IMG/VR virus record: IMGVR_UViG_2687453145_000002
Span: 32,001 to 96,000 of that record
Strand: one strand, 5' to 3'
Source: a virus
Taxonomy: Duplodnaviria; Caudoviricetes
DNA: 64,000 bases
The translations under genes were made by a program, and so were the position numbers. The notes below the pieces were generated by a model. The model was not told the origin of the DNA, searched no databases, and saw only the letters and a program-made list of their open reading frames with translations. Shown here one piece after another: positions 54,696 to 63,678 of the stretch (positions are counted from its first letter, which is position 1; each line of letters begins with the position of its first letter).

Positions 54696-54799
54696 GCCCA
54701 ATATATAGTGTTGATTTGAATTCGAACTACAAGATAGTGAGGTCGTCGTGGCATTGCAATCTGTGGATAACGCATAGGCTGTGGATAAATTGTGGATTC
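54696..54799 (-). promoter_or_regulatory. nrdA-type promoter: DnaA boxes, TTGCAA-17-TATCTT, two NrdR-like boxes
   Basis: TTATCCACA (minus) at 54762 and 54780; GCCCAATATATAGTGT at 54696 and CTACAAGATAGTGAGG at 54727, 31 bp apart. Confidence 0.75.
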
Positions 54800-55079
54800 T
54801 CGGACTTGTGTTAGTGGCCGCTCACAGTGAGTGGGTTTTCATCCGTCCGATCCGGCAAATGCAAGTCCGATGATCGAAGATGGAAAATTTAGATAACTTT
54901 TTTTACTTGCGAAAACGTGGTGTTTTTCATGGTTGAGTTTATCTGTATGCCCTGTTACGCAAGGGATACAGGGAAAATGAGTCCACTGTCAGCTAGTCTG
55001 CTTTCTGTGAGCCGAGTAGTATCTCGGAGTTCAGGCCAGATTCGAGACCTTGACATTCATTTTTCATTAGGCGGGATGC

Positions 55080-55424
55080 ATGGAAAGCAAGCTGAAACCT
55101 ATCGCCCTACAAGTCGCCGGTTGGGGGCTGCTCCAGGGCGATTTCTTTGACTTTCACGAGGTGGCAGAACGGCTGGGTGTCCCTGCTGAGGTGTCCCGCG
55201 AGGCGGTCATTTATCTCCGGTCACTCCGCTATGTGGAGACGCTGGCGGAGTCGAGAAGCTGCAAGCGTGAGGTGGGCAAGAGAAGCTCAAAGCGAGTGTT
55301 TATCAAGGTCCTGGCCATCCACCCCGAACCGCCTCAAGGTTCACAATCTTTCAAGCTCAATGTCCTGCACTCAAAGTTGGCCCGCCTTTCCAAGGCTATG
55401 CCTTCACCTCGGGGAGCTCGCTGA
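55080..55424 (+). CDS. CaiF/GrlA-family transcriptional regulator
   Basis: [14 protein letters not shown]....VAERLGV.......VIYL...IKVLAI pattern. Confidence 0.6.
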   Translation: MESKLKPIALQVAGWGLLQGDFFDFHEVAERLGVPAEVSREAVIYLRSLRYVETLAESRSCKREVGKRSSKRVFIKVLAIHPEPPQGSQSFKLNVLHSKLARLSKAMPSPRGAR

Positions 55425-56676
55425 TGCAGGTGGTGTAGCGGGGGCTGAGCTGCTCCCGTTTCATCATCCACTCCCGGGTATCCCGGCCCCGGGCCGCGAA
55501 GTAGACCTTTCCCAACCGCCCCTGATTGATCTTGTCGATGACCTGCATCAGTGCCTCACTGCGGGGCGATTGCTGCTTCGCTGCGAACAGGTCGCCCTGC
55601 TGCATGTCGGCTGGGGTAAAGTCGGCCAGCATGACGCCGCCCTTCTGATATCGCTGTTCGTCGCGCCAGATGTGGGGAAGTAGTTGGGGGATCAGGGCCA
55701 GCAGCGCCCGTGTGTCATTGGTGGGCATCGCCAACTTGGTGCTCACCTGGTTGCCGTAGTAGGGTTCGCGGTCGCTGAACGGGCTGGTGCGGATGAACAG
55801 GGTGACGTGGCGGCAGCACATCCCTTCCCCTCTGAGCTTCTCGGCCGCCCGCTCCATGTAGCCGGCCAGCGCCTGGTGCATGGGGCCGATCTGGGTGATG
55901 CGCTCGCCGAAGCTCCGGCTGCAGATGATCTGCTGCTTGGCCTGGGCCTCTTGCTCCAACTCGGCGCAGGGGATCCCTCGCAGCTCCTGCACGGTGCGCT
56001 CCACGACTACGCCATACCGGCGGCGGAGGCTCTTCGGGTCAGCGGCAACCAGGTCGGCCACGGTCTTGATGTCCTGGGCCTCCAGCTTGGCGGTGAGCCG
56101 CCGACCAATGCCCCATATCTCTTCCACCGGAGTGATCGCCATCAGCCGGGCGCGCCGCGCTTCATCCCGCAGATCCACCACGCCCCCGGTGGCCGGCCAC
56201 TTCTTGGCGGCGTAGTTCGCTAATTTCGCGAGCGTCTTGGTGGGGCCGATGCCGACCCCAACGACCAGCCCGGTCCACTGCTGCACCCGTTCGCGAATCT
56301 GGCGGCCATAGGCCACCAGGTCGCCCGCCCAGGACTCGCTCAGTTCGATGAAAGCCTCGTCGATGCTGTAGACCTCCACCGCCGGGGCCATCCCCTCCAG
56401 AATGGTCATCACCCGGTTCGACATGTCGCCATAGAGGGCATAGTTGCTGGAGAACCAGACCCCGCCCATGGCCTCGAAGAACTGGCGGATCTGGAAGTAG
56501 GGCACGCCCATCTTGATGCCGAGCGCCTTGGCCTCTGCAGAACGGGCAACGACGCAGCCGTCGTTGTTGGAGAGCACGACGATGGGCCGCCCCTTCAAAT
56601 CAGGCCGGAACAGCCGCTCGCAGGAGGCGTAGAAGTTGTTCACATCGACCAGAGCCACGGCGCAGCTCTTGTTCAT
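55396..56676 (-). CDS. umuC: DNA polymerase V catalytic subunit
   Basis: [40 protein letters not shown]. Confidence 0.95.
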   Translation of the reverse strand: MNKSCAVALVDVNNFYASCERLFRPDLKGRPIVVLSNNDGCVVARSAEAKALGIKMGVPYFQIRQFFEAMGGVWFSSNYALYGDMSNRVMTILEGMAPAVEVYSIDEAFIELSESWAGDLVAYGRQIRERVQQWTGLVVGVGIGPTKTLAKLANYAAKKWPATGGVVDLRDEARRARLMAITPVEEIWGIGRRLTAKLEAQDIKTVADLVAADPKSLRRRYGVVVERTVQELRGIPCAELEQEAQAKQQIICSRSFGERITQIGPMHQALAGYMERAAEKLRGEGMCCRHVTLFIRTSPFSDREPYYGNQVSTKLAMPTNDTRALLALIPQLLPHIWRDEQRYQKGGVMLADFTPADMQQGDLFAAKQQSPRSEALMQVIDKINQGRLGKVYFAARGRDTREWMMKREQLSPRYTTCISELPEVKA

Positions 56677-57095
56677 GGCGCGGGCATCTTGTGGATGACG
56701 AAGGTAACCACACCGAAGATCTCCAAGTGCTGCCCGTCACTGAAGTGGATGGGGCGATAGGCCGGGTTCCCTGGTAAGAGGCAGACTGAGGGGCTGAGCT
56801 GGAGCTGCTTCACAGTGAACTCGCCATCTACGGCCGCAACAACCACGCTGCCATGCACTGGCTTGCTGCTGCGGTCTACGACCAGCATGTCACCATCGTG
56901 GATCCCGTGCTCTACCATGCTGTCCCCGGCAGCCCGAACGTAATAAGTCGCGGCCGGGTGCGCTATGCATAGCTGGTTCAGGTCGATGGTCTGTTCCACA
57001 TAGTCCTGGGCGGGGGACGGGAAGCCACAGGCGGCAGGAGAGAGGAACAACGGGATTTCCAACGCTGGGGCGTCGAGGTCGGGAACTGCAAACAT
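56673..57095 (-). CDS. umuD: DNA polymerase V subunit UmuD
   Basis: [10 protein letters not shown] cleavage site, GDSM, FTVK. Confidence 0.95.
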   Translation of the reverse strand: MFAVPDLDAPALEIPLFLSPAACGFPSPAQDYVEQTIDLNQLCIAHPAATYYVRAAGDSMVEHGIHDGDMLVVDRSSKPVHGSVVVAAVDGEFTVKQLQLSPSVCLLPGNPAYRPIHFSDGQHLEIFGVVTFVIHKMPAP

Positions 57096-57113
57096 GGTTT
57101 TAGGCTCACAATG

Positions 57114-57129
57114 CTGTATATAAACACAG
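57114..57129. promoter_or_regulatory. LexA box of umuDC
   Basis: CTGTATATAAACACAG. Confidence 0.9.
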
Positions 57130-57218
57130 TATAACGATACCCATGGCGAAGATCACCGTGGAGCGATTGGCTCCGGATTCGGGTAATATCGGCAGGTGCC
57201 CTATGCGTGGAGTCGCCA

Positions 57219-57416
57219 ATGTCATTCAATCTGTGCTCCCTGCCGAAAGACGAGCAGGAGAAGGTCGAGGTAGAGAAGGCCGCCGCCTATGCGGTATGGA
57301 AGGAAAGGAACCCCGAGATCAAGATCCCAGCCGAGAGCGAGGCCGGGAACTACAAGGGGGAGATGCAGGCCTACTTCCTGCAGCGGGTAGAGCAGTATCG
57401 GAAAAACATACGATGA
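57219..57416 (+). CDS. DNA polymerase III theta homologue (HolE/Hot-like)
   Basis: NL..L...EQEKVEVEKAAA..VWKER...YFLQRV..YR resembles theta. Confidence 0.75.
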   Translation: MSFNLCSLPKDEQEKVEVEKAAAYAVWKERNPEIKIPAESEAGNYKGEMQAYFLQRVEQYRKNIR

Positions 57417-57545
57417 AATGGCAATATTAGTAGTGTGTGCATTGAACCTGAAATATGTTTGTAACATTAGATAAAATGCGAGCGATATGATAAAAATCAT
57501 GTCATTAAAATTATAAGTATTATCGGTAAAACTGCTAGGAGAATT

Positions 57546-58244
57546 ATGGGGTTCTTAGGTTTTATGAATTCACAAGTGGGCTTATTGGTTATTGATAAGC
57601 TATTAATTGGAGCGATACTGTTACTTGTTGGATATCAAGTCAGTAAAATGCTTGAGAGGTACAAAAGCGGACAAGCATTTTCTGATGAATTTCAAAAGCA
57701 AAAGGTTGTGAGGTTAACTGCTGTTTGTGATTCGTTGGCAGAGTTTGAGATCATGGTACTTCATTCCCCATACAGGTTTAGTGACATACTAGTAAGGGAG
57801 ATGAGGAAGCATGGCATCGAAAACGTTCCTGAGTTAGGTCAGAGTATTTCATTCGATGAGGCTAGAGATATAATTATAATGGCATTTCAAAAATTGGGAA
57901 AAGAGGCCGTAGATGCTGTTGTAAAGAAAGATTTTATGCCATATGTCGATAGCTTAAATAAAATTGTTGAGTCATCATCAGTATTGATGGGGAAGAATCG
58001 ATTTTGGATAGATGAGCAAATTTATGTTATGTTGCGGAGTTATCATGGCAAACTATCTTCGTACAATAAGGATATATATTGCCTGAAAGATGATGCAAAA
58101 GAACGTTATGAACGGGCGCGTGATGAGTTAAATTCTAACAGGGATGAAATAAAAAATGCAATCAACGCTGCAATGGATGGTGGGGTTAAAATGAAAGCTT
58201 TAGCCCGTGAGACCCTAGGTTCGAAAAGGGGCTGGAAGTGGTAG
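57546..58244 (+). CDS. AT-rich moron protein with N-terminal TM segment
   Basis: AGGAG RBS, low GC, helical body. Confidence 0.75.
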   Translation: MGFLGFMNSQVGLLVIDKLLIGAILLLVGYQVSKMLERYKSGQAFSDEFQKQKVVRLTAVCDSLAEFEIMVLHSPYRFSDILVREMRKHGIENVPELGQSISFDEARDIIIMAFQKLGKEAVDAVVKKDFMPYVDSLNKIVESSSVLMGKNRFWIDEQIYVMLRSYHGKLSSYNKDIYCLKDDAKERYERARDELNSNRDEIKNAINAAMDGGVKMKALARETLGSKRGWKW

Positions 58245-58263
58245 CCTTCATCTAAATGAAGAG

Positions 58264-58361
58264 TTGAAAGCCCAACCTCATAGCGTTAGCATCTATCAAA
58301 GATGGCCAGAGTCCCCGTGACCCTGGCCTTTTTCATTTCTGGCCCGCCTCGTGCGGGCTTT
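58264..58361 (+). promoter_or_regulatory. Late promoter+terminator unit 4 (before holin)
   Basis: TTGAAA-17-TAGCAT with AGCGT before -10, GGCCAG hairpin with T tract, second hairpin. Confidence 0.65.
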
Positions 58362-58379
58362 GTCGTTTCTGGAGGGGCG

Positions 58380-58694
58380 ATGACGCCTGACAAGGATCCA
58401 CAGAACTACAGCGTGCTCGCCTATCTGGCATTCGGCGGGCTGAGCGTATGGGGAGGGCTTGTGACCTACATACAGACGGTGAAACGCGAGGGAAGGCAGT
58501 TCCGATGGGCCGAGGCGCTGCTGCAGGTGGTGGTGTCAGGGTTCGCCGGGATGTTGACCATGCTGCTGAGCTGGTACATCGCAGCCCCGCTCCCGTTGTG
58601 CGGCTTCATGGCTGGCCTGGCAGGCTTGATGGGGTCGAAAGCACTGGAGCTGTACGAACGCCGGGCAACCGGCTGGATGGGAGGGAGGGAGTGA
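58380..58694 (+). CDS. Holin (LydA-like)
   Basis: PDKDP start, WGGLV.Y, SGFAG, G.MGS.AL; three TM segments. Confidence 0.85.
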   Translation: MTPDKDPQNYSVLAYLAFGGLSVWGGLVTYIQTVKREGRQFRWAEALLQVVVSGFAGMLTMLLSWYIAAPLPLCGFMAGLAGLMGSKALELYERRATGWMGGRE

Positions 58695-59176
58695 TGGTGA
58701 AAATGCGCTGGGTAGATGAAGCCCGTAGGCATATCGGGTTGACGGAGATTAAGGGGCCCCAACACAACCCCGAGATCGTGGCGATGTGGAAAGCAATCAA
58801 GCGGGGCGGCATCCGTGATGATGAAACCCCGTGGTGTGCTGCCTTTGTCGGGGCGTGCTTGGAGCGGGTCGGCATTCAGTCCACCCGGTTCGAGGGGGCG
58901 CGCTCCTATGCCTCCTGGGGGGAGAAGCTGGAAAAGCCGGTGGCAGGCTGCGTAGTGGTGTTCTCCCGGGATGGTGGCGGGCATGTCGGGTTCGTAGTGG
59001 GGCAGGACAAGGCTGGCAATCTGCTGGTATTGGGCGGCAACCAAGCTGACGCGGTGAACGTGAAGGCGTTCCCTCGCTCCCGGGTAACCGCATACCGCTG
59101 GCCCGCCGGTGAGCCGAAGCCTGTGGGGGAACTGCCTGTGATGGCTGCGGCAGAGTTCTCGAAGTCCGAGGCATAG
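58694..59176 (+). CDS. Endolysin, TIGR02594/CHAP-like
   Basis: DDETPWCAAFV, GGGHVGFV, LGGNQ. Confidence 0.9.
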   Translation: MVKMRWVDEARRHIGLTEIKGPQHNPEIVAMWKAIKRGGIRDDETPWCAAFVGACLERVGIQSTRFEGARSYASWGEKLEKPVAGCVVVFSRDGGGHVGFVVGQDKAGNLLVLGGNQADAVNVKAFPRSRVTAYRWPAGEPKPVGELPVMAAAEFSKSEA

Positions 59177-59229
59177 GCGCAAGCCTTGCCAATATCGCCG
59201 GGTAACCGGTAACAGCAGAGGAGAGCGCG

Positions 59230-59454
59230 ATGGAACACATCGTTGAGGTGGTCATCAACTGGATTGTCATCCTGATGGCTGTAGTGGGCGGCGCGTCCAT
59301 GGTGGTGCAGGGGCTGGCCAAGGTCGCGGCCATCACCCCGTCCACCCGGGACGATGAGGTGATCGGGAAGGTGCAGGCCTTCTTGGTTGGCCTGACCAAG
59401 GTGCTGGACAAGCTGGCTATGAACCTGCCGGCTGAGAAAGCCAGGAAGCAATAA
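59230..59454 (+). CDS. Small membrane lysis-cassette protein
   Basis: N-terminal TM, ITPSTRDD motif. Confidence 0.7.
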   Translation: MEHIVEVVINWIVILMAVVGGASMVVQGLAKVAAITPSTRDDEVIGKVQAFLVGLTKVLDKLAMNLPAEKARKQ

Positions 59455-59455
59455 C

Positions 59456-59686
59456 ATGAACAGCTTGCTCCAACTGCTCGACATTCTAACGGCCCTTCTG
59501 GGCCGTTGGCTTAAGCGGGAGAGGGCAAGGGAGGTGCAGGAAAGCCATGACAAGAATCATGCGGACCCACAGGGGCGTTTTGCTGAGCGTTTCGGTGCTG
59601 CTTCTGGCCAGTTGTCAGACAGCTCCAAGCCAAACAGCGAACTGCCCGCCACCCACACCCAGGCTGACATGGAACCCCGCCGCTAA
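59456..59686 (+). CDS. Putative i-spanin-like protein
   Basis: Hydrophobic N-terminus, overlapped by lipoprotein ORF. Confidence 0.5.
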   Translation: MNSLLQLLDILTALLGRWLKRERAREVQESHDKNHADPQGRFAERFGAASGQLSDSSKPNSELPATHTQADMEPRR

Positions 59687-59765
59687 TGGCGGGGTTTGTC
59701 TTTCTGGGGAATCCACAGCCGACCTACTGGACTATCTCGATGCACTGGAGCGATGCGGTGGTTAA
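59547..59765 (+). CDS. Putative o-spanin lipoprotein
   Basis: VLLLASC lipobox, Pro-rich, extra Cys. Confidence 0.65.
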   Translation: MTRIMRTHRGVLLSVSVLLLASCQTAPSQTANCPPPTPRLTWNPAANGGVCLSGESTADLLDYLDALERCGG

Positions 59766-59919
59766 TGGCATTACCGTGACCGGGGTGATCTCCAACGTGG
59801 TGGAGTATGACGGCATTCATGCCCTGGTCGTCCTGAATACCGGCGTCTCCGTCGTGGTACCGGCAACCCATGAGCCTGTACCTGGTGATGCCATCGTTGA
59901 AGGCGAGTTATCTCTCTAA
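59740..59919 (+). CDS. Homologue of 441..629
   Basis: W...VV.GI.VTGVI..V..YDG..A.VVL..GVSVVV.A.H.PVPGD.IVEGELS. Confidence 0.7.
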   Translation: MHWSDAVVNGITVTGVISNVVEYDGIHALVVLNTGVSVVVPATHEPVPGDAIVEGELSL

Positions 59920-60792
59920 ATGGCAAAGACCGACTGGGCACAGCTCAATGCAGAGTTCCTGCAGGAGCATGAAGCGACAGGCATCAGTGCGAAAGACTGG
60001 TGTGACAGCCGCGGCCTGAACTACAACTCGGCGCGTCGCTATTTGAAATCTCGGGGGCAATCCCCTGCGCAACCTGACAAATCTCGCGTAGCTGCGCAAT
60101 CTGCGCATTCCGAAGTGCGCAAAACTGCGCAATCTGCGCAAAGTGCGCAAACCAAGGGGAATGAGGCCAAGGCCAAAGGGGGAGAGCGAAGAGGGGAGAA
60201 GTCCTCCTCATCCACTCAATCCCAGCCCGAGCCTGAGCAGACCTCGAAAAACAAAGGGCGGGATGGTGCTGGCCGGTTCGTCCGGGGCGAGTACGAGGGC
60301 AACCCTAACCCGCCAGCCAACATCAAGCCCGGCATGCAGATTGCCAAGACCCATGGCGGTTATGCCAAGTACCTCGATGCCGAGGAGCTGTTCGACCAGG
60401 CTCGCGAGCTGCAACTGCGCGACGAGCTGGACTTCACCCGGGCTCGCGTCATTTCCGTCACCAAGCTGCTCAAGGGGCTGCAGCAGGACCTGGTCACCGC
60501 CACCGAGATGACCGACCGGATCGCGCTCTACGACAAGATCCTGAAAGCCGAGCAGGCCCTCGACCGCAACATCCAGCGGATTGAGTCTATCGAGCGGACC
60601 CTGAGCGCCCTTCGCATCGACGAGGTAAGTGTGCCGAAGATTGAGGAGGACACTCGCCGGATCCGGGCTGCTGCGCGCAAGCTGACCGCCGAAGCGGATA
60701 GGCTGGAGAAGGATGGTGGCAGCGAGGCCACCCCGGTCAGCGAGATGGTTTCCGAGCTCCACGACATGGGGACAGGGGGGCTGATGTCATGA
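59920..60792 (+). CDS. terS: Terminase small subunit (copy B)
   Basis: Homologous to 630..1505; overlaps terL start (ATGA). Confidence 0.85.
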   Translation: MAKTDWAQLNAEFLQEHEATGISAKDWCDSRGLNYNSARRYLKSRGQSPAQPDKSRVAAQSAHSEVRKTAQSAQSAQTKGNEAKAKGGERRGEKSSSSTQSQPEPEQTSKNKGRDGAGRFVRGEYEGNPNPPANIKPGMQIAKTHGGYAKYLDAEELFDQARELQLRDELDFTRARVISVTKLLKGLQQDLVTATEMTDRIALYDKILKAEQALDRNIQRIESIERTLSALRIDEVSVPKIEEDTRRIRAAARKLTAEADRLEKDGGSEATPVSEMVSELHDMGTGGLMS

Positions 60793-62489
60793 CTGTTCCC
60801 ATCGACGCATCTTCCATGACTGAGCAAGAGCAGATGGCCTACATCCGTTCGAAGCTCAGCGATAAGTGGTGGCGGATGAACAACCTCTACATGATCGAGA
60901 ACGAGCAGGGCCAGCTGGTACGATTTCGGCTGCGCCCAGCACAGGAGCTGCTGTTCCGGACCATGTGGTACCTGAACATCATCCTCAAGGCGCGCCAGCT
61001 TGGGTTTTCCACCGCCATCGACATCTATCTGCTGGACGAGGCGCTGTTCAACAAGAACCTCAAGTGCGGGATCATCGCCCAGGACCTGACGGCCGCCGGC
61101 GAGATCTACCGCACCAAGATTGAAGTCCCGTTCGATAACCTGCCGGGCTGGCTCAAGGCCCAGTTCAAGGTGGTGACCCGGCGTGGCGGGGCGAATGGCG
61201 GACACATCCTGTTCCGGCATGGCTCCAGCATCCAGGTGGCTACCTCGTTCCGGTCCGGTACCGTCCAGCGCCTGCATGTCTCCGAGCACGGGAAGATCTG
61301 CGCCAAGTATCCCGAGAAGGCCAAGGAGGTGCGTACCGGTACCCTGCAGGCAATCCACCCGGGCGCCGTGGCCTTCATCGAATCAACAGCGGAAGGCGTG
61401 GGCGGCGACTTCCATGCCATGAGCATGAAGTCCCTCGAGCTGGCCCGGGCCTCCGGTGAGCTCAGCCAGCTCGACTGGAAGTTCCACTTCTTCGCCTGGT
61501 GGCAGGACCCCAAGTATCGTGCCGACGTGCCGGCATCCGGCGTGGTGATGAGCAAGACCCAGGCGGAGTATTTCGCCGCGGTCGAGAAGGCGATGGGTTG
61601 CACCATTACCGACGAGCAGCGGCAGTGGTACGTGCTGAAAGAGTCCACTCTGGGCGCCGAGATGAAGCAAGAGTTCCCCAGCACGCCGCTGGAGGCCTTC
61701 CTGACCTCTGGGCGCCGGGTGTTCGACCCCATCCATACCATGGATGCAGAGGGCGATTGCATGGCCCCGCTCATCGTCTACGACATCGACCCGGTCACTG
61801 GCAGGCGTGAGAAGGCCCGCAAGCCAGAGAAGCTGGACGAGCGTGGCCAGCGCTCCCTCGAGAACATGTTGCTGGTCTGGGAGTTGCCAGACCCCGACGA
61901 GGATTACGCCATCGGCGCCGACGTGGCGGAAGGGCTGGAGCACGGTGACCGTTCAAGCCTCGATGTGACTGCCAAGAGCGACGGACGGCAGGTGGCCCAC
62001 TGGTTCGGGCACCTCGATCCCGGGTTGTTTGCCCAGCTGCTGGCCCACGTCGGCCGCTTCTATGGTACTGCAGAGCATGGCCCGGCCTACATCGGCCCGG
62101 AGCGCAACAACCACGGTCACGCCGTGCTGCTCAAGCTCCGTGAAATCTACCCGACCCGGCGGATCTACACCCAGGAGCACCTCGACCGGGACCGCGACGA
62201 CGAGACGCCACGCCTCGGCTGGCTCACCACCCGGCAGTCCAAGCCGATCTTGGTTGATGGCCTCAAGGCCCTGCTGCGTGCTGGGCAGTCCGGGATCCGC
62301 TGGATAGGCACCATTCACGAGGCAACCACCTACGTCTACGACAAGAGCGGCAGCATGAACGCCCAGGACGGCTGCTACGACGACCAGCTGATGAGCTACA
62401 TGATTGCCCAAGAGATGCGCGCCCGGATGCCGGCCCGCATCGTCAAATCCGAAACCTCCCGCAAACCCAAGCACTGGATGGCCAACTGA
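60789..62489 (+). CDS. terL: Terminase large subunit (copy B)
   Basis: Near-identical to 2271..3968. Confidence 0.95.
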   Translation: MTVPIDASSMTEQEQMAYIRSKLSDKWWRMNNLYMIENEQGQLVRFRLRPAQELLFRTMWYLNIILKARQLGFSTAIDIYLLDEALFNKNLKCGIIAQDLTAAGEIYRTKIEVPFDNLPGWLKAQFKVVTRRGGANGGHILFRHGSSIQVATSFRSGTVQRLHVSEHGKICAKYPEKAKEVRTGTLQAIHPGAVAFIESTAEGVGGDFHAMSMKSLELARASGELSQLDWKFHFFAWWQDPKYRADVPASGVVMSKTQAEYFAAVEKAMGCTITDEQRQWYVLKESTLGAEMKQEFPSTPLEAFLTSGRRVFDPIHTMDAEGDCMAPLIVYDIDPVTGRREKARKPEKLDERGQRSLENMLLVWELPDPDEDYAIGADVAEGLEHGDRSSLDVTAKSDGRQVAHWFGHLDPGLFAQLLAHVGRFYGTAEHGPAYIGPERNNHGHAVLLKLREIYPTRRIYTQEHLDRDRDDETPRLGWLTTRQSKPILVDGLKALLRAGQSGIRWIGTIHEATTYVYDKSGSMNAQDGCYDDQLMSYMIAQEMRARMPARIVKSETSRKPKHWMAN

Positions 62490-63678
62490 TGATCAACGCC
62501 CAACCCAAGGCCCCTGAGAAAGGTGGCCTCGATACCCCGCGCCTGCTCAAACTGATGAGCGATATCAACGGCCAGCCTGACTGGCGCTCACTTGCCAATC
62601 GCGCCTGCGCCTACTACGACAACGATCAACTGCCACCTGAGGTGGTCAAGGTGCTCAAGGAGCGGGGCCAACCCATCACTATCCACAACCTCATTGCCCC
62701 GACTATTGATGGCGTGCTGGGGATGGAGGCCAAGAGCCGCACCGATCTGATGGTGATCGCCGATGACCATGACGATGAGCTCGAGCAGCTGGCCGAGGCC
62801 GTCAATGCCGAATACGCCGACATGTGCCGCCTGGGCGGACTGGACCGCGCCCGGGGCGAGGCTTACGGCGGCCAGATCAAGACCGGTGTGGGCTGGGTGG
62901 AGGTGTGCCGGCGCGATGACCCGTTCGGCCCGCGCTACAAATTCAGCAACGTCCATCGTGATGAGGTCTATTGGGACTGGCACAGCCGAGAGCCGGACCT
63001 GAGCGACTGCCGCTGGCTGATGCGTCGCCGCTGGGTCGATCTGGATGAGGCCAAGACCATGTTCCCGAGCAAGGCTCAAGCGTTGGAGTGGGGCGTGAAT
63101 GACTGGGCGGGGGTTGTCAGCTTGAGCGCCGTAGAGGGGCTCGACCCCAACCTGGTCAGCGCTTACGACGAATGGAGCCAGTTCAGTGGTAAGGAGGTGG
63201 AGTGGTGCAGCCGTGAGCGGGATCGGGTGTTGCTGCAGGTGGTCTACTACCGCACCTATACCATGCGGCAGGTGCTGATGCTCGATTCTGGCCGGGCGCT
63301 GGAGTACGACAAGACCAATCAGTTGCACCTGGCCGCGCTCGCCATGGGCCGGGCCAGGCTGGAACGCCGCCCGGTGGCCGTGATCCGGGAGTCCTGGTTT
63401 GTCGGCCCCCATCATCTGGTTGATCGCCCCTGTACAGCTCCTCACAACATGTATCCGCTGGTGCCGTTCTGGGGATACCGGAAAGACCGCACCGGTGAGC
63501 CATACGGGCTGATTGCTCGGGCCATGCCGGCGCAAGACGAGGTGAACCTGCGGCGAATCAAGCTGACGTTCCTGCTGCAGGCCAAGCGCGTCATCATGGA
63601 CAAGGACGCCACCAACATGAGCCGGGATCAGGTTCTTGAGCAGGTGGAGCGCCCGGATGGATATATCGAGCTCAACCC
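61185..63678 (+). repeat. ~2.5-kb direct repeat, copy 2
   Basis: See 2664..5157. Confidence 0.85.

Noticed and set aside
54762-54799. DnaA boxes as a replication origin
   Set aside because: Too few boxes, no evident unwinding repeats, the promoter context fits better, and an iteron origin exists in O
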